From Marinicella sp. (GTDB lineage Bacteria > Pseudomonadota > Gammaproteobacteria > Xanthomonadales > Marinicellaceae): a DNA stretch of 64,000 nt. The notes under the pieces were generated by a model, which saw only the letters and a program-made list of their open reading frames with translations, had not been told where the DNA came from and searched no databases. This document shows, piece by piece, positions 30,267 through 42,672 of the stretch (the first letter of the stretch is position 1; each line of letters opens with the position of its first letter). The stretch covers positions 3,936,001-4,000,000 of the forward strand of contig OZ246001.1 in assembly GCA_965230295.1 (NCBI GenBank), read 5' to 3'. The position numbers were made by a program, and so were the translations under genes.

Positions 30267-32816
30267 ATGAAAGCTTACCTAGTCATAGTTACCACACTGT
30301 TGTTACTTTTGATCGAGTATCCTGCTTACTCGCAAACACTAAAAAAAACATACAGAATTGGTTACTTTGATACCCCTCCACTGACCTTCCGTAATTCCAC
30401 GCAAAATAAACCGGATGGTTTGGCCATTGAAATTTTGAATGAAATTGCTAAAGAGCACGGCTTCACGATTGATTGGGTCTACGGCGATTTTCCCGATTTA
30501 ATGGTGCTGATGAAAACACAGCGGCTGGACGCTTTGCCATCACTCGGGTACTCAGCCCAAAGAAGTGAGTTTTTGGACTACCCCAAAGTCAACTTTTCCA
30601 ATGTTTGGGGTCAGGTCTTTTTATCGAATGATTCTAAAATAGAAAGTTTGTTTGATTTGGAAGGCAAGACCATTGCTTTATTAGAAAATGGCGTCAATGG
30701 CTTAAATTTCATCAACCAATGTGAACAATTCGAGGTCAATTGTCAATTTGTCTATGGCAAAAGTTACCAGGAAGTGTTTCAAATGGTTGCTGATAAATCC
30801 GCCGATGCTGCCGTTTCAAATAATCTTGCTGGCTTGGATTTACAGCAGGAATATAACTTATTGATCAGCAGCATTATTTTCAACCCCTTCAAAGTTTTTG
30901 TCACAGTACCCAAAGGAACCAATGCTGACTTTTTAGCGGCCTACGATCAATCAATGAGTGCTTGGAAACAACAACCTGACTCGTTTTATTACCAGACCAG
31001 ACTGAAATGGACTGTTGCCAAAGAAGACAATGTGGTGCCTTTTTGGATCTGGTATTCAATCATGGGACTGATGTTATTTGGTGTGGTGGCCGGTGTGGCA
31101 GCATTTTTGTTTAAACTCCAAGTCAAACGTCGCGTAACAGAGCTTTCACAACGAGAAATTCAACTGAATCAAATCATCAACATCGTTCCACACATGATAT
31201 TTGCCAATGACTATGATGGAAAAATAATTTTAGCCAATGAAAATGCCTGTCAATTCTTAGGCATTGATGATGAAGATGTTAAAGCCAAAAACATTTATAC
31301 CATCCTGAAAGCAAACAGTAATTTTGAAAATTTAATCAGCTATACCACTTCATCAAATCCATTCAACACTGAAATCGAAGTCAAGGATTCTAATGGGAAA
31401 CCCTTGACATTGATGATGTCCAAAGTGCCCTATTCAGGACGGCAAAACCTGGAACCTGCCATGGTAACTGTAGGCGTTGACATCACCCAGGTTAAGGCCT
31501 ATGAAGAAGAAATTTTGTACTTAGCACATTATGATTCACTGACTGGACTGCCGAACAGAGAGTTGTTAAAAGACCGACTGAAATCTTCATTGGCCCGCGC
31601 CAAGCAATTCAGTCATGTGGGCGGCATTTTGCACATAGATTTGGATAACTTCAAAAGCATCAATGACTCAAAAGGTCATAAAGTGGGTGATAAATTGATT
31701 AAGAAGGTTGCCTTACGAATCAAATCTTGTGTCAGCCCTGGTGATACCATAGCCCGTCTGGGTGGAGATGAGTTCATCATTGAATTACCTGAACTTAAAA
31801 ATGATCTGATCACCGCTGAAAAACAAGCCATAGAAATGGCTGTGACTGTTTTGAAAAAGTTGAAACAGCCCATCGAAATTGAGGGCAATCATTACCACAT
31901 AACCGCCAGTGTCGGCCTGGTTATTTACCCTCGTGATGGTGAAAACCAGTCCATTCTGTTACAACGGGCAGATACTGCCATGTATGAAGCCAAGATCAAG
32001 GGCCGAAATCGAATCCAGGTGTTTGAAGAAGGGATTGAATCCAGGGTCAAAAAGAACCATCAACTTGAAAACGACTTACGGCTGGCCCTACAGAACAAAG
32101 AAATAAGTATCCTCTACCAACCGGTGGTGGATGCTCAGTCAGAAACCATTGTAGGCTCAGAAATTTTGTTGCGTTGGCAGCACCCAACTGAAGGAGAAAT
32201 CATGCCTACAGATTTCATTCCTATAGCCGAACAAGCTCAGTTAATCTTAAAAATAGGCTATTGGACCATCGAAGAGGCTTGTAAACAAATCATAAAATGG
32301 AAGCAGGATGCTGAAAAGCCATTTTTTGTGGCTGTCAACTTATCTGTCATTCAAATCAGAGACAGGAATTTTTTGAAGAAAGTAACCAATTTGATTCATC
32401 AATATCAAATCCCCAACAACTACCTCGAATTTGAGGTGACCGAATCGATATTGCTCAGTGACAGTCAGCGTTCTATCGAAATCATCAATCAATTGAAGTT
32501 ATTAGGCATCAAACTATCCATCGATGATTTTGGTACAGGGTATTCTTCTTTTGATTACATCAGGAAATTACCATTAGATAAAATCAAGATCGACAAATCG
32601 TTCATTACCGATGTTCCTAATGACAACAGCAGCACCACCATTGTAAAAACCATCTTAAACATGGCGGAAGAAATGCAGCTCGAAGTGGTGGCAGAAGGTG
32701 TTGAAACGGCGGCGCAAATTGAATTCTTGAAACAGCACCACTGCCAGTACTTCCAAGGGTTTTATTTCTCAAAACCCAAAACCATTGATCAGTTGATGGT
32801 CAATTATAAATTCTAA
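30267..32816 (+). CDS. SBP-TM-PAS-GGDEF-EAL cyclic di-GMP signalling protein
   Basis: Periplasmic binding domain, TM helix, PAS, RLGGDEF, EAL domain (EIL variant; DDFGTGYSS, KIDKSF, AEGVE intact); track starts at 30207. Confidence 0.92.
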   Translation: MKAYLVIVTTLLLLLIEYPAYSQTLKKTYRIGYFDTPPLTFRNSTQNKPDGLAIEILNEIAKEHGFTIDWVYGDFPDLMVLMKTQRLDALPSLGYSAQRSEFLDYPKVNFSNVWGQVFLSNDSKIESLFDLEGKTIALLENGVNGLNFINQCEQFEVNCQFVYGKSYQEVFQMVADKSADAAVSNNLAGLDLQQEYNLLISSIIFNPFKVFVTVPKGTNADFLAAYDQSMSAWKQQPDSFYYQTRLKWTVAKEDNVVPFWIWYSIMGLMLFGVVAGVAAFLFKLQVKRRVTELSQREIQLNQIINIVPHMIFANDYDGKIILANENACQFLGIDDEDVKAKNIYTILKANSNFENLISYTTSSNPFNTEIEVKDSNGKPLTLMMSKVPYSGRQNLEPAMVTVGVDITQVKAYEEEILYLAHYDSLTGLPNRELLKDRLKSSLARAKQFSHVGGILHIDLDNFKSINDSKGHKVGDKLIKKVALRIKSCVSPGDTIARLGGDEFIIELPELKNDLITAEKQAIEMAVTVLKKLKQPIEIEGNHYHITASVGLVIYPRDGENQSILLQRADTAMYEAKIKGRNRIQVFEEGIESRVKKNHQLENDLRLALQNKEISILYQPVVDAQSETIVGSEILLRWQHPTEGEIMPTDFIPIAEQAQLILKIGYWTIEEACKQIIKWKQDAEKPFFVAVNLSVIQIRDRNFLKKVTNLIHQYQIPNNYLEFEVTESILLSDSQRSIEIINQLKLLGIKLSIDDFGTGYSSFDYIRKLPLDKIKIDKSFITDVPNDNSSTTIVKTILNMAEEMQLEVVAEGVETAAQIEFLKQHHCQYFQGFYFSKPKTIDQLMVNYKF

Positions 32817-32820
32817 AACT

Positions 32821-33597
32821 TTATTTTTTCAGTGGTGGTTGCTGACGTTCAAAGACCCAGTCTGAATTATTGGATAAATTTTCTCGGTATTGATATCCAT
32901 CAATATTCATTGCTTTGATTTCATCTTGCGAAGTGACTTGATTGTTGATGATGGTTCGAGCCATCAAACCCCTGGCTTGTTTGGCATAAAATCCAATGGT
33001 GCGGGTTTTTCCGGCTTTGGTGTCTTTAAAATTGATGTTAATTACTTCAGCTTCAAGATTTTTTGGTTTAATGGCTTTTGAGTATTCATTGGAGGTCAGG
33101 TTGACCACAAAATCCTCTTTACCAAGTTCCTTATTGGCGATTTGAGTGATTTCATCTCCCCAAAATTGATACAGATTCTCACCTTTGGGATTGCTGAGCT
33201 TGGTTTTCATTTCTAATCGATAAGGCAAGATCAAATCCATCGGTTTTAAATAACCATACAAGCCAGATAAAATCCTCAGATGCTTTTGGGCATATTGCCA
33301 GTCACCCGCTGACATGGATTCTGCATCCAGGCCTAAATATACATCACCCTTGAATGCCAAAGCAGCTTGCTTTGCCACACCTAATTTGAGTGGCGTTTTG
33401 AATGTTTGGTAGCGCTGGTGGTTAAGTTCAGCCAAATTGTCACTGACAGACATCAACTGAGCAATTTGCTGAGGTTGGTAGGCCTTGAGTTCTTTGACCA
33501 ATACTTTTGCTTGGCTTAAAAGGGCTGGTTGGCTGTATTCAGACAATTCATTGGGCGAAAAGTCTTGGCCTTTTGAGGGAGATAATAAAATAATCAT
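32821..33597 (-). CDS. yaaA: Peroxide stress protein YaaA
   Basis: [42 protein letters not shown]. Confidence 0.96.
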   Translation of the reverse strand: MIILLSPSKGQDFSPNELSEYSQPALLSQAKVLVKELKAYQPQQIAQLMSVSDNLAELNHQRYQTFKTPLKLGVAKQAALAFKGDVYLGLDAESMSAGDWQYAQKHLRILSGLYGYLKPMDLILPYRLEMKTKLSNPKGENLYQFWGDEITQIANKELGKEDFVVNLTSNEYSKAIKPKNLEAEVININFKDTKAGKTRTIGFYAKQARGLMARTIINNQVTSQDEIKAMNIDGYQYRENLSNNSDWVFERQQPPLKK

Positions 33598-34862
33598 GTT
33601 AATTCATCCAATGTGTCGATCAAAGTATTTGTTATGTGGGTTAATTCATCAGCTTCAATGATAAATGGCGGCATCATATAGATTAAATTCATGAATGGTC
33701 TGATCCATACACCTCGCTTCACCATCAATTCTTGTAACGGGTGCCAATCCCTGGATTCAAAGAGCTCTACCACACCAATCGCACCCAATATCCGAACTTC
33801 CTTAACAGCAGGATTCAAGCTCAATGGGCTTAATTCATCATTAAGTTGTCTTTCTATCGACGCCACTTTATTTTGCCAGTCGCTCTCCAGTAACAACTCA
33901 ATGCTGGCTGCTGCCGCAGCACATGCCAATGGGTTGGCCATGAACGTGGGGCCATGCATGAAGTGAGTTCCAATACCATTGGCAACTTTACGGTTACAAA
34001 GAACCGCAGCCAGTGTCATGTATCCACCTGTTAACGACTTTCCCAGACACATGATATCCGGAGCCACATCAGCGTGTTGATAGGCAAACATCTTCCCTGT
34101 TCTGCCAAATCCAGTGGCAATTTCATCAAAAATTAACAACACACCATATTGATCGCACAGTGCCCTTACTTTTTGTAAATAAACAGGTGAGTAAAAATTC
34201 ATGCCACCCGCTCCTTGAACAATGGGCTCAAAGATCACTGCAATGATGGATTCATGGTTGACCATCAAAGCCTGTTCAAAGTCTTCGATATATTGATCGT
34301 TCCATGCATCATTAAAACCACAAGATGGGGAATCAATGAAAATATGTTGGTTCAACAAGCGATTGAACTTATGGTGCATGCCTGTCACTGGATCACAAAC
34401 CGACATGGCACCAAAAGTATCTCCGTGGTAACCTTTAGAAAATGTCAAAAATTGTTTTTTTTCATGCAACCCTTGTTCAAAACAATATTGGGCAGCCATT
34501 TTCATCGCCACTTCCACTGCCACGGATCCCGAGTCTGCAAAAAACACAGCATCTAAAGACTCATGGGTCAGATCAAGCAGCTGTTTACCCAACTTAATGG
34601 CAGGTTCGTGGGTTAAGCCACCAAACATCACATGTGACATTTTTGACAGTTGGTCAGTAACCGCCTGATTCAACCTGGGGTGATTATAGCCATGAATGCA
34701 ACACCACCACGAAGACATGGCATCAATCAGTTGAGTACCGTCTTCCAAATGAAGATGGACACCATCGGCTTTCGCAACCGGATACGTTTTTGTCGGTTGC
34801 GTAATACTGGTGTATGGGTGCCATAAATGGGCTTGGTCAAATTGAAGGTCCATGTCATTCAA
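33594..34862 (-). CDS. bioA: Adenosylmethionine-8-amino-7-oxononanoate aminotransferase
   Basis: [66 protein letters not shown]. Confidence 0.95.
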   Translation of the reverse strand: MNDMDLQFDQAHLWHPYTSITQPTKTYPVAKADGVHLHLEDGTQLIDAMSSWWCCIHGYNHPRLNQAVTDQLSKMSHVMFGGLTHEPAIKLGKQLLDLTHESLDAVFFADSGSVAVEVAMKMAAQYCFEQGLHEKKQFLTFSKGYHGDTFGAMSVCDPVTGMHHKFNRLLNQHIFIDSPSCGFNDAWNDQYIEDFEQALMVNHESIIAVIFEPIVQGAGGMNFYSPVYLQKVRALCDQYGVLLIFDEIATGFGRTGKMFAYQHADVAPDIMCLGKSLTGGYMTLAAVLCNRKVANGIGTHFMHGPTFMANPLACAAAAASIELLLESDWQNKVASIERQLNDELSPLSLNPAVKEVRILGAIGVVELFESRDWHPLQELMVKRGVWIRPFMNLIYMMPPFIIEADELTHITNTLIDTLDELT

Positions 34863-35313
34863 TCACAGTTTTGATGTAATCTGTGTCAAAACCGCGGCGA
34901 TATAAAAAACCTTGTCGCCTGGCTTTTTCTCGGTAGTCTTGAAAGTCAACACCCTTGTATTTCTTCTCATACACTTGAACAATCAGATCGTAAAAATTGA
35001 TTTTGGCTTCAGACTTGGCTTGTTTGATGGTTTTAACGGCCACTCCTTTTTGTGCCAACTCTCTGGCAATCCGTGTGGGACCATAGCCTTTGTTTGAACG
35101 GCTGCGCCAATATGACTCGGCAAATCGAAAATCTGAAATCAGGTTTTCATTCAACAAATCTAAAATCAAATGATCAACTAAATCCGGGTCATGTTTTTTG
35201 TTGATTAATTTAGCCCGCAACTCCTCACAAGAGTGTTCACGCATGGCCAAACTACCCAAAGCTGAGGCACGTGCCCGTGCCTCAGGGGTGTATTTCTTGT
35301 CTACAGTCATCAA
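34855..35313 (-). CDS. recX: Regulatory protein RecX
   Basis: [36 protein letters not shown]; follows recA. Confidence 0.93.
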   Translation of the reverse strand: MMTVDKKYTPEARARASALGSLAMREHSCEELRAKLINKKHDPDLVDHLILDLLNENLISDFRFAESYWRSRSNKGYGPTRIARELAQKGVAVKTIKQAKSEAKINFYDLIVQVYEKKYKGVDFQDYREKARRQGFLYRRGFDTDYIKTVIE

Positions 35314-36389
35314 CCCTCAAAAGGATCTATGTCTGCAGTTTCCTTACTTTCTTCCACATCTTCTGGTTTAGGTAACAGAATGTCTCTCAACTTTTGCTCT
35401 AATTCTGCGGCATGTTCCGGGTGATCTTTGAAATACTGTTTCGAATTTTCTTTGCCTTGACCAATTCTGATATCTCCATAACTGTACCAGGCACCAGCTT
35501 TAGTCACCAAATCATGAGCCACACCCAAGTCAATCAATTCACCCAGTAAAGAGATACCTTGTCCATAAAGAATTTCAAACTGTACTTGTTTGAATGGAGG
35601 CGCCATTTTATTTTTGACCACTTTCACGCGGGTGTCATTACCAATGACTTCATCGCCTTTCTTAATGGCACCAATCCTTCTGATGTCTAACCGGACAGAT
35701 GAATAGAATTTCAATGCATTTCCGCCAGTGGTCGTCTCTGGGCTGCCAAACATCACACCAATTTTCATTCTTATTTGGTTGATGAATATCACCATGCAAT
35801 TGGTGCGTTTAATGTTTCCAGTCAGTTTACGTAAAGCCTGGGACATCAACCGGGCTTGCAATCCCATGTGAGAATCTCCCATATCTCCTTCAATTTCAGC
35901 TTTGGGTGTTAAGGCCGCCACGGAATCCACCACAATCATGTCTACAGCATTGGAGCGCACCAGCATGTCACAAATTTCTAATGCCTCTTCACCGGTGTCA
36001 GGTTGTGACACCAATAAATCATCAATATTGACGCCCAATTTGGCGGCATAAGTGGGGTCTAAAGCATGTTCAGCGTCAATGAATGCAGCCGTTCCACCCT
36101 TTTTCTGGCACTCAGCCACGGCATGCAAGGTTAAAGTGGTTTTACCACTGGACTCCGGGCCGTAGATTTCCACCACACGGCCTCGTGGTAATCCGCCAAT
36201 TCCCAAGGCCACATCAAGCCCCAAAGAACCAGTTGAATACACATCAGTGGTTAAGGCTTGGTTATCACCCATACGCATCACAGACCCTTTACCAAATTGT
36301 TTTTCGATCTGTCCTAGGGCTGCTGCCAATGCTTTTTTCTTGTTGTCATCCACTTTATTTTGCTCCACAAGTTTTAAGTTATTTTTCAT
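35310..36389 (-). CDS. recA: Recombinase A
   Basis: [40 protein letters not shown]. Confidence 0.99.
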   Translation of the reverse strand: MKNNLKLVEQNKVDDNKKKALAAALGQIEKQFGKGSVMRMGDNQALTTDVYSTGSLGLDVALGIGGLPRGRVVEIYGPESSGKTTLTLHAVAECQKKGGTAAFIDAEHALDPTYAAKLGVNIDDLLVSQPDTGEEALEICDMLVRSNAVDMIVVDSVAALTPKAEIEGDMGDSHMGLQARLMSQALRKLTGNIKRTNCMVIFINQIRMKIGVMFGSPETTTGGNALKFYSSVRLDIRRIGAIKKGDEVIGNDTRVKVVKNKMAPPFKQVQFEILYGQGISLLGELIDLGVAHDLVTKAGAWYSYGDIRIGQGKENSKQYFKDHPEHAAELEQKLRDILLPKPEDVEESKETADIDPFEG

Positions 36390-36579
36390 GATATAGCCTC
36401 TTATTATCGCATGTAATGAAGTTCGAAAAAATCAGTAAATTCTGATGAATGTGTCAATATTTTCCGAGTTACTGAGCATTATCAATGATTTATTCTCAAA
36501 ACTTGAGAATGTAGATTTTTTAATTTTTTTTATGCCACTTTGTTAGAATGTAGCGTTTGACAATAAACCCAATCTTGCC

Positions 36580-39123
36580 ATGGCAAAAAGCACTCAACAC
36601 ACCCCCATGATGCAACAGTTTTTAAAAATTAAAGCTGACTATCAAGACATGCTGTTGTTTTATCGGATGGGTGACTTCTATGAGTTGTTTTTTGATGATG
36701 CCATCCAAGCAGCTAAACTATTGGACATCACCCTCACCCACCGTGGTAAATCAAACGGTGACCCCATCCCTATGTGCGGCGTGCCATTCCATGCAGCTGA
36801 TAATTACTTGGCAAAATTGGTTAAACAAGGGTTGTCTGTTGCCATCTGTGAGCAAACCGGCGACCCAGCCACCAGCAAAGGTCCTGTGGAAAGACAAGTC
36901 AAAAGAATTCTGACGCCAGGTACAGTCACCGAAGAAGCTCTGATGGATGCGCACAAAGAAAACTTATTGTTGGCCATTCACAGCAACTCACGTGGTTATG
37001 GTTTAGCCTATTTGTCATTGGGTAATGGTGCATTCAAAGTACAGCAAATGGAAGACATGGGTACTTTAGAGGCGCAACTGACTCGATTGAGCCCCAATGA
37101 AGTGTTGCTGTCAGAAAACAGCGACCTGAATCAACAACTCAAACCATTCAATTGCATCCAACGTCCCGCGTGGGATTTTGACCCTGAATCAGCTCAACAC
37201 GCCATCAAAAGAACTTACCAAGTTCATGATTTGGAAGGTTTTGGCATCAGTGAATCTGATGTATTTTTGCCTGCGATTGGCGCATTGTTGCAATATGTTT
37301 CACACACCCAAAAAACAGAATTACAACATTTACAAAACATCCAAGTTGAGTATCTGGACCATTGTCTTCACATCGATGCACAATCCAGAAAAAATTTAGA
37401 AATTGATCATCACCCTGACGGCAAAGATGAGTTAACCCTCTGTGGATTCATTGATCAATGCGCCACAGCGATGGGATCAAGGAAGGTCAGGAGCTGGGTC
37501 AAACAACCCTTGAGAGACAGGCGCATTTTGAATCAACGTCTTGAAGGCATTGAATCACTGATCACATCGGCACAAACCAGTGTCATCCAAAATCAATTGA
37601 AAGGCATATCTGACATTGAAAGGATTGTTACACGCATCAGCTTATTGACGGCCAGACCCCGGGACTTGGTGGCATTGCGGTCATCTTTATCAGCAGTCAA
37701 TGATTTACAAATCACCTTAAAAGATCTTGATTCGAAGCCATTAAAACATGTGACAGATTACCTCAACCCACATGAGGACATATATAACTTGTTAATGAAG
37801 GCCATTAAGGAGAACCCTCCTGTGGTTATCAGAGATGGCGGTGTGCTGGCAGATGGATACGATTCTGATCTGGACGAGTTGCGCAACATCAGTACCGATG
37901 CCGGTCAATACATGTTGGATTTCGAAACAGAACAACAGACTGTATCTGGCATCAATTCATTGAAAGTAGGCTATAACCGAGTTCATGGTTACTTTATAGA
38001 GGTATCAAAACTCCACAGTGACAAAGTGCCAGAACACTACATTAGAAGACAAACCCTCAAAGCAGTCGAACGGTACACCACACCTGAACTGAAACAGTTC
38101 GAACAGAAAGTATTGTCCAGTAAAGAAAAATCATTGGCACACGAAAAAGAACTGTATATGAAGCTTTTGGAGGGCTTTTCACCACACATCACATCCTTGC
38201 AATCGTTGGCTGATGCCATCAGCGAATTGGATGCCTTGGCCAACCTGGCAGAAAGGGCCACCACCCATCAATTCTGTAAACCGGCGTTGAGTCATGAGCG
38301 GGTGATTGATATCAAACAAGGACGTCATCCAGTGGTTGAAACCATTCAAGACACACCTTTTGAGCCCAACGACTTGGTCATGAATGATAACCAGAAGATG
38401 CTGATTATTACAGGCCCAAACATGGGTGGTAAATCCACCTATATGAGGCAATCAGCGATCATAGTATTGTTGGCTTCAATCGGCAGCTATGTCCCTGCTC
38501 AATCTGCTGTCATTGGTGACATTGATCGGATATTCACAAGAATTGGCGCAGGTGATGACTTAACTCGTGGACGTTCAACATTCATGGTAGAGATGTCTGA
38601 AACGGCCACTATATTACACAATGCCACACCGCATTCCCTGGTTTTGATGGATGAGATAGGCCGTGGTACCAGTACCTATGACGGGTTATCATTGGCTCAT
38701 GCTTGTGCTGTACATTTGGCACAAGTCAACCAATCTTTTTGTCTGTTTGCCACGCATTATTTTGAAATCACTGCTCTAGAAGAACAAATTGACACCATCA
38801 GGAATGTTCATTTAAATGCTGTTGAACATGGTGACAGTATTGTATTTTTGCATACCGTTAAATCGGGTGCAGCCAACAAGAGTTATGGCTTACAAGTGGC
38901 CGCACTGGCAGGATTACCTGCTGCGACTTTGAAAAATGCAAAAAGTTACCTGCAACACTTAGAAAATCAACCCACTGACCAACAGCCGCTCCAATACTCA
39001 CTATTTCAAGAAGAGGTTGTTGAGGTTTCTAAAGCTGAAAAAAAATTGAGTGGCATTAATCCTGATGACTTGACCGCCAAACAAGCCCTGGACCTGATTT
39101 ACCAACTGAAAAAAATGCTGTGA
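36580..39123 (+). CDS. mutS: DNA mismatch repair protein MutS
   Basis: [47 protein letters not shown] clamp-binding-like motif. Confidence 0.99.
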   Translation: MAKSTQHTPMMQQFLKIKADYQDMLLFYRMGDFYELFFDDAIQAAKLLDITLTHRGKSNGDPIPMCGVPFHAADNYLAKLVKQGLSVAICEQTGDPATSKGPVERQVKRILTPGTVTEEALMDAHKENLLLAIHSNSRGYGLAYLSLGNGAFKVQQMEDMGTLEAQLTRLSPNEVLLSENSDLNQQLKPFNCIQRPAWDFDPESAQHAIKRTYQVHDLEGFGISESDVFLPAIGALLQYVSHTQKTELQHLQNIQVEYLDHCLHIDAQSRKNLEIDHHPDGKDELTLCGFIDQCATAMGSRKVRSWVKQPLRDRRILNQRLEGIESLITSAQTSVIQNQLKGISDIERIVTRISLLTARPRDLVALRSSLSAVNDLQITLKDLDSKPLKHVTDYLNPHEDIYNLLMKAIKENPPVVIRDGGVLADGYDSDLDELRNISTDAGQYMLDFETEQQTVSGINSLKVGYNRVHGYFIEVSKLHSDKVPEHYIRRQTLKAVERYTTPELKQFEQKVLSSKEKSLAHEKELYMKLLEGFSPHITSLQSLADAISELDALANLAERATTHQFCKPALSHERVIDIKQGRHPVVETIQDTPFEPNDLVMNDNQKMLIITGPNMGGKSTYMRQSAIIVLLASIGSYVPAQSAVIGDIDRIFTRIGAGDDLTRGRSTFMVEMSETATILHNATPHSLVLMDEIGRGTSTYDGLSLAHACAVHLAQVNQSFCLFATHYFEITALEEQIDTIRNVHLNAVEHGDSIVFLHTVKSGAANKSYGLQVAALAGLPAATLKNAKSYLQHLENQPTDQQPLQYSLFQEEVVEVSKAEKKLSGINPDDLTAKQALDLIYQLKKML

Positions 39124-39144
39124 TTGATAATTGAATTGATTTTC

Positions 39145-39176
39145 GATAACAAGGTCTTTAAAAAGACCTTGTTATC
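39145..39176. terminator. 15-bp perfect inverted repeat between convergent mutS and tonB-like genes
   Basis: GATAACAAGGTCTTT-aa-AAAGACCTTGTTATC; no clear U-tract, so terminator function is inferred from position. Confidence 0.6.
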
Positions 39177-39193
39177 AATAACTTATAAATACC

Positions 39194-40165
39194 TTATAAC
39201 GAAAATTCTACTTTGTAAATTCGAGTGATGTTCTCTGTGATTCCATACTCGCTCGGCGGATTAAATAACCATTTATTGACTGATTGAACAGCCGGTTTGC
39301 CAAACAACCGCCCTCTTCTCGAGTACTTAACAGGAGATGCAGACACCACCTTGCCTGAAGGGTCAATGGTCACTTCAACATCCACCCAGCCTTCCAAGTT
39401 GTCCATCGCTGCTTTAACTGGATATTGAACCGGTTCACGCTTTAAAATTCCCCATTGATAATTTGCTTGTTCAGCGGCTGCTCCTGCTGTATCAATCACT
39501 TCAGCACTGGCAGGTGGCTCAACAGAAGCAAGGCTTTGCTCAATGGGTATGTTGATGGTGGATTCTGCGGCCAATCGTTCTGCTTCCAATTGCTCTGCTG
39601 CCAATCGTTCTGCTTCTAACTGCTCTGCTGCCAAACGCTCAGCTTCCAATTGCTCAGCTGCCAACCGTTCTGCTTCTAATTGCTCTGCTGCCAACCGCTC
39701 TGCTTCCAATTGCTCAGCTGCCAACCGTTCTGCTTCTAATTGTTCTGCTGCCAACCGTTCTGCTGCCAACCGCTCTGCTTCTAATTGCTCTGCTGCCAAC
39801 CGTTCTGCTTCTAACTGCTCTGCCGCCAACCGCTCTGCTTCTAATTGTTCTGCAGCCAACCTTTCAGCATCTTGATTCTCCGAATTTTCTGCTTTTACTG
39901 CAATCGTATCATTGATGGGTAAATCGATTTCAATTTGGGGTTTTTCTTGCAACCCAAATTCTGACATATCTAACTCAATATCATTGTCTATTTCAGACTT
40001 GAATTCAGGCTTACTGAGGTCTGCAGCCTTGGTTCTTTCTGGTAATCCAGCTGACCAACTAGGCCTCTTGGTAGGTTCAGGTGCATCTTTATCGTCCTCG
40101 TTTTGGGCAAGAACAGTAGAAGTTGCACACAACAGTGACAATCCAGCAATCAATTTATGTAACAT
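39194..40165 (-). CDS. TonB C-terminal-domain protein with long helical repeat spacer
   Basis: C-terminal [29 protein letters not shown]...[12 protein letters not shown] (TonB_C); N-terminal signal; [10 protein letters not shown] repeats. Confidence 0.85.
   Translation of the reverse strand: MLHKLIAGLSLLCATSTVLAQNEDDKDAPEPTKRPSWSAGLPERTKAADLSKPEFKSEIDNDIELDMSEFGLQEKPQIEIDLPINDTIAVKAENSENQDAERLAAEQLEAERLAAEQLEAERLAAEQLEAERLAAERLAAEQLEAERLAAEQLEAERLAAEQLEAERLAAEQLEAERLAAEQLEAERLAAEQLEAERLAAESTINIPIEQSLASVEPPASAEVIDTAGAAAEQANYQWGILKREPVQYPVKAAMDNLEGWVDVEVTIDPSGKVVSASPVKYSRRGRLFGKPAVQSVNKWLFNPPSEYGITENITRIYKVEFSL
39563..39869 (-). repeat. Intragenic 30-bp tandem repeat ([10 protein letters not shown] x9 plus a half unit and a partial unit)
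   Basis: Repeated gccaa(c/t)cg(t/c)tctgcttc(t/c)aa(t/c)tgctc(t/a)gct with synonymous variation. Confidence 0.95.
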
Positions 40166-40250
40166 TTTTTATCTCGAGAATAACGCTTACAGTAAATATT
40201 TTAACGACTGGTTCACAATTATCAATATTTTTAAAATTAATTCTTGATTT

Positions 40251-41045
40251 TTACCAATTTATATTTTCTTTGTTCAAAAAAGCATTTAAGCCTTTTTGAC
40301 CCTCAGCCGACACCCGAACAGCTGCGATCACTTGTGTGGTGTATTCATCAATTTTCTTCTGCTGAGGTAAGGTGCGTCCAACCACTGACATGACCAGTTT
40401 TTTACTGATTTCTTTGGCATTAGGTCCGGTTGCAGCTAAAAGATCAAGCTGTGTGTTGACCCAGTTGTCCACCTCTTCCGCAGCCAAAACTTCAGAAACA
40501 ATTCCCATATTCTTGGCTCGTTCAGCATCAAAAATTTCAGCTGATTGGAAATATCTGCGCGCTTTTCTGGTGCCAATGGCGTCAATGACGTAAGGGGAAA
40601 TCACCGCTGGAACCAATCCCAGCTTAGCTTCCGTTAAGCCAAATTTAGCCCCATTTTCAGCCACAACCATGTCACAACAACACGCCAGGCCTACGCCGCC
40701 GCCTAAGGCCAGGCCTTGAATGCGGGCAATGGTTGCTTTGGCATTGAAGTTAATGGTGCGCATCAATGCGGCCAGTTTTTCAGAGTCTTCTTTGTTTTCT
40801 GACTCTGTGGCCTGAGCCATACCTTTCATCCAATTGACATCAGCCCCAGCAGAAAACGATTTACCTGCTGCTTGCAACACAATGACTTGTACAGAACTGT
40901 CTTCATTGAGTTTATTGAACACTTGCGTTAACTCATCAATCATTTGTGCATTGAATGCATTGTGCACTTCTGGTCGATTCATGGTCACATAGGCAACACC
41001 CGTTTTATGTGTTTTAAGCTGTATGGTTTTGTAAGTATTGAACAT
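40251..41045 (-). CDS. liuC: Methylglutaconyl-CoA hydratase (enoyl-CoA hydratase family)
   Basis: NRPEVHNAFN, FSAGADVNWM, GGGVGLACCCD, EAKLGLVPAVISPYV; follows the MCC beta gene. Confidence 0.9.
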   Translation of the reverse strand: MFNTYKTIQLKTHKTGVAYVTMNRPEVHNAFNAQMIDELTQVFNKLNEDSSVQVIVLQAAGKSFSAGADVNWMKGMAQATESENKEDSEKLAALMRTINFNAKATIARIQGLALGGGVGLACCCDMVVAENGAKFGLTEAKLGLVPAVISPYVIDAIGTRKARRYFQSAEIFDAERAKNMGIVSEVLAAEEVDNWVNTQLDLLAATGPNAKEISKKLVMSVVGRTLPQQKKIDEYTTQVIAAVRVSAEGQKGLNAFLNKENINW

Positions 41046-41061
41046 ATAAATTCCTCTTAAA

Positions 41062-42669
41062 TCACATCCTAAACACGCCATATTTGACAGAGTCCACATC
41101 AGCACAAGTAGCGGCTTCAATGGCAAGTGACAAAATTTGTCGGGTATCTGCAGGGTCTATCACCCCATCGTCCCACAATCTGGCAGTTGAGTAATACGGA
41201 TGCCCTTGATCATCGTATTGGTTTTTGATGTCTTGGTAAAACTGTTCTTTTTCTTTAGGATCCCACTTTTCGCCCACTTTGTCCATACCATCTTGCTTAA
41301 CTGTGGTCAGTACAGAAGCGGCTTGATCCCCTCCCATGACAGAAATTCTGGCATTGGGCCACATCCACATGAACCGGCCTTGGTAAGCCCTGCCATTCAT
41401 GGCATAGTTGCCGGCCCCGAAAGATCCACCTATGACTACAGTAAATTTGGGAACCTGGGCACAAGCCACAGCAGTCACCATTTTGGCACCGTCTTTGGCA
41501 ATGCCGGCATTTTCATATTTCTGACCGACCATAAATCCAGTGATGTTCTGCAAAAACACCAATGGAATCTTCCGCTGGTTACACAGTTCAACAAAATGAG
41601 CACCTTTTAAAGCTGATTCTGCAAACAGGATGCCATTGTTGGCCACAATACCAACAGGGTAACCATTGATGTGGGCAAAACCACAAACCAAAGTGGTGCC
41701 ATACTTGGCCTTGAACTCTTGAAACTCAGAAGCATCAACCAACCTGGCTATGATTTCTTTGACGTCATAGGGGATTCTGGTTGACTGTGGAATGATGCCA
41801 TACAGTTCATGAGCTGGGTACAATGGATCACGTGCTGGTTTGCGTTGTAACCAATCGTATTTGGGTCGATTTAAAAACTGCAAGCTGTTACGAGCCATTT
41901 GTAAGGCGTGGGGGTCGTTTTCAGCAAAATGATCGGTCACACCTGATTGCGAAGAATGGACTTCAGCACCACCCAAGGATTCAGCATCCACCACCTCACC
42001 AGTGGCCGCTTTTACCAATGGCGGGCCACCCAGAAAAATGGTCCCCTGCTCTTTGACAATGATCGCCTCATCACACATCGCCGGCACATAGGCGCCACCA
42101 GCAGTACAAGAACCCATAACCACCGCAATTTGCGGGATGTTTTTGGCTGACAGTTGGGCCTGGTTATAGAAAATACGCCCAAAATGTTCTCGATCTGGAA
42201 ACACTTCGTCCTGTAAGGGTAAAAAGGCACCACCTGAATCAACCAGATAGACACAAGGTAATTGATTTTCCAGGGCCACTTCCTGAGCGCGCAGGTGTTT
42301 CTTAACGGTCATGGGGAAGTAAGTACCACCTTTTACTGTGGCATCATTGGCCACAATCATCACCTGTTGGCCATGAACCAAACCGATACCAGCGACCATT
42401 CCAGCTGCTGGTGCTGCACCTTCATACATACCCGATGCCGCCATCGGAGCCAATTCCAAAAATGGGCTGCCCGGATCCAACAACAAATTGATGCGATCAC
42501 GAACCAGTAACTTGCCTCGATCGGTGTGTTTTTTTCTTGAACGTTCAGAACCTCCCAAAGCAGCGTGCTGTAAAACTTGCCTTAAATCATCTACCAATTG
42601 CGACATGTAAGCTCGGTTGTCATCAAATTGAGCCGATGCTGAATCTATCTGGGTTTTGATGATTTTCAT
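41062..42669 (-). CDS. liuB: 3-methylcrotonyl-CoA carboxylase beta (carboxyltransferase) subunit
   Basis: [50 protein letters not shown]. Confidence 0.96.
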   Translation of the reverse strand: MKIIKTQIDSASAQFDDNRAYMSQLVDDLRQVLQHAALGGSERSRKKHTDRGKLLVRDRINLLLDPGSPFLELAPMAASGMYEGAAPAAGMVAGIGLVHGQQVMIVANDATVKGGTYFPMTVKKHLRAQEVALENQLPCVYLVDSGGAFLPLQDEVFPDREHFGRIFYNQAQLSAKNIPQIAVVMGSCTAGGAYVPAMCDEAIIVKEQGTIFLGGPPLVKAATGEVVDAESLGGAEVHSSQSGVTDHFAENDPHALQMARNSLQFLNRPKYDWLQRKPARDPLYPAHELYGIIPQSTRIPYDVKEIIARLVDASEFQEFKAKYGTTLVCGFAHINGYPVGIVANNGILFAESALKGAHFVELCNQRKIPLVFLQNITGFMVGQKYENAGIAKDGAKMVTAVACAQVPKFTVVIGGSFGAGNYAMNGRAYQGRFMWMWPNARISVMGGDQAASVLTTVKQDGMDKVGEKWDPKEKEQFYQDIKNQYDDQGHPYYSTARLWDDGVIDPADTRQILSLAIEAATCADVDSVKYGVFRM

Positions 42670-42672
42670 GGA

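Noticed and set aside
39543-39875. Plus-strand ORF with [10 protein letters not shown] repeats; repeat array as possible CRISPR
   Set aside because: Antisense shadow of the [10 protein letters not shown] repeat. Variation is synonymous for the minus-strand protein, with no unique spacers and no cas genes.
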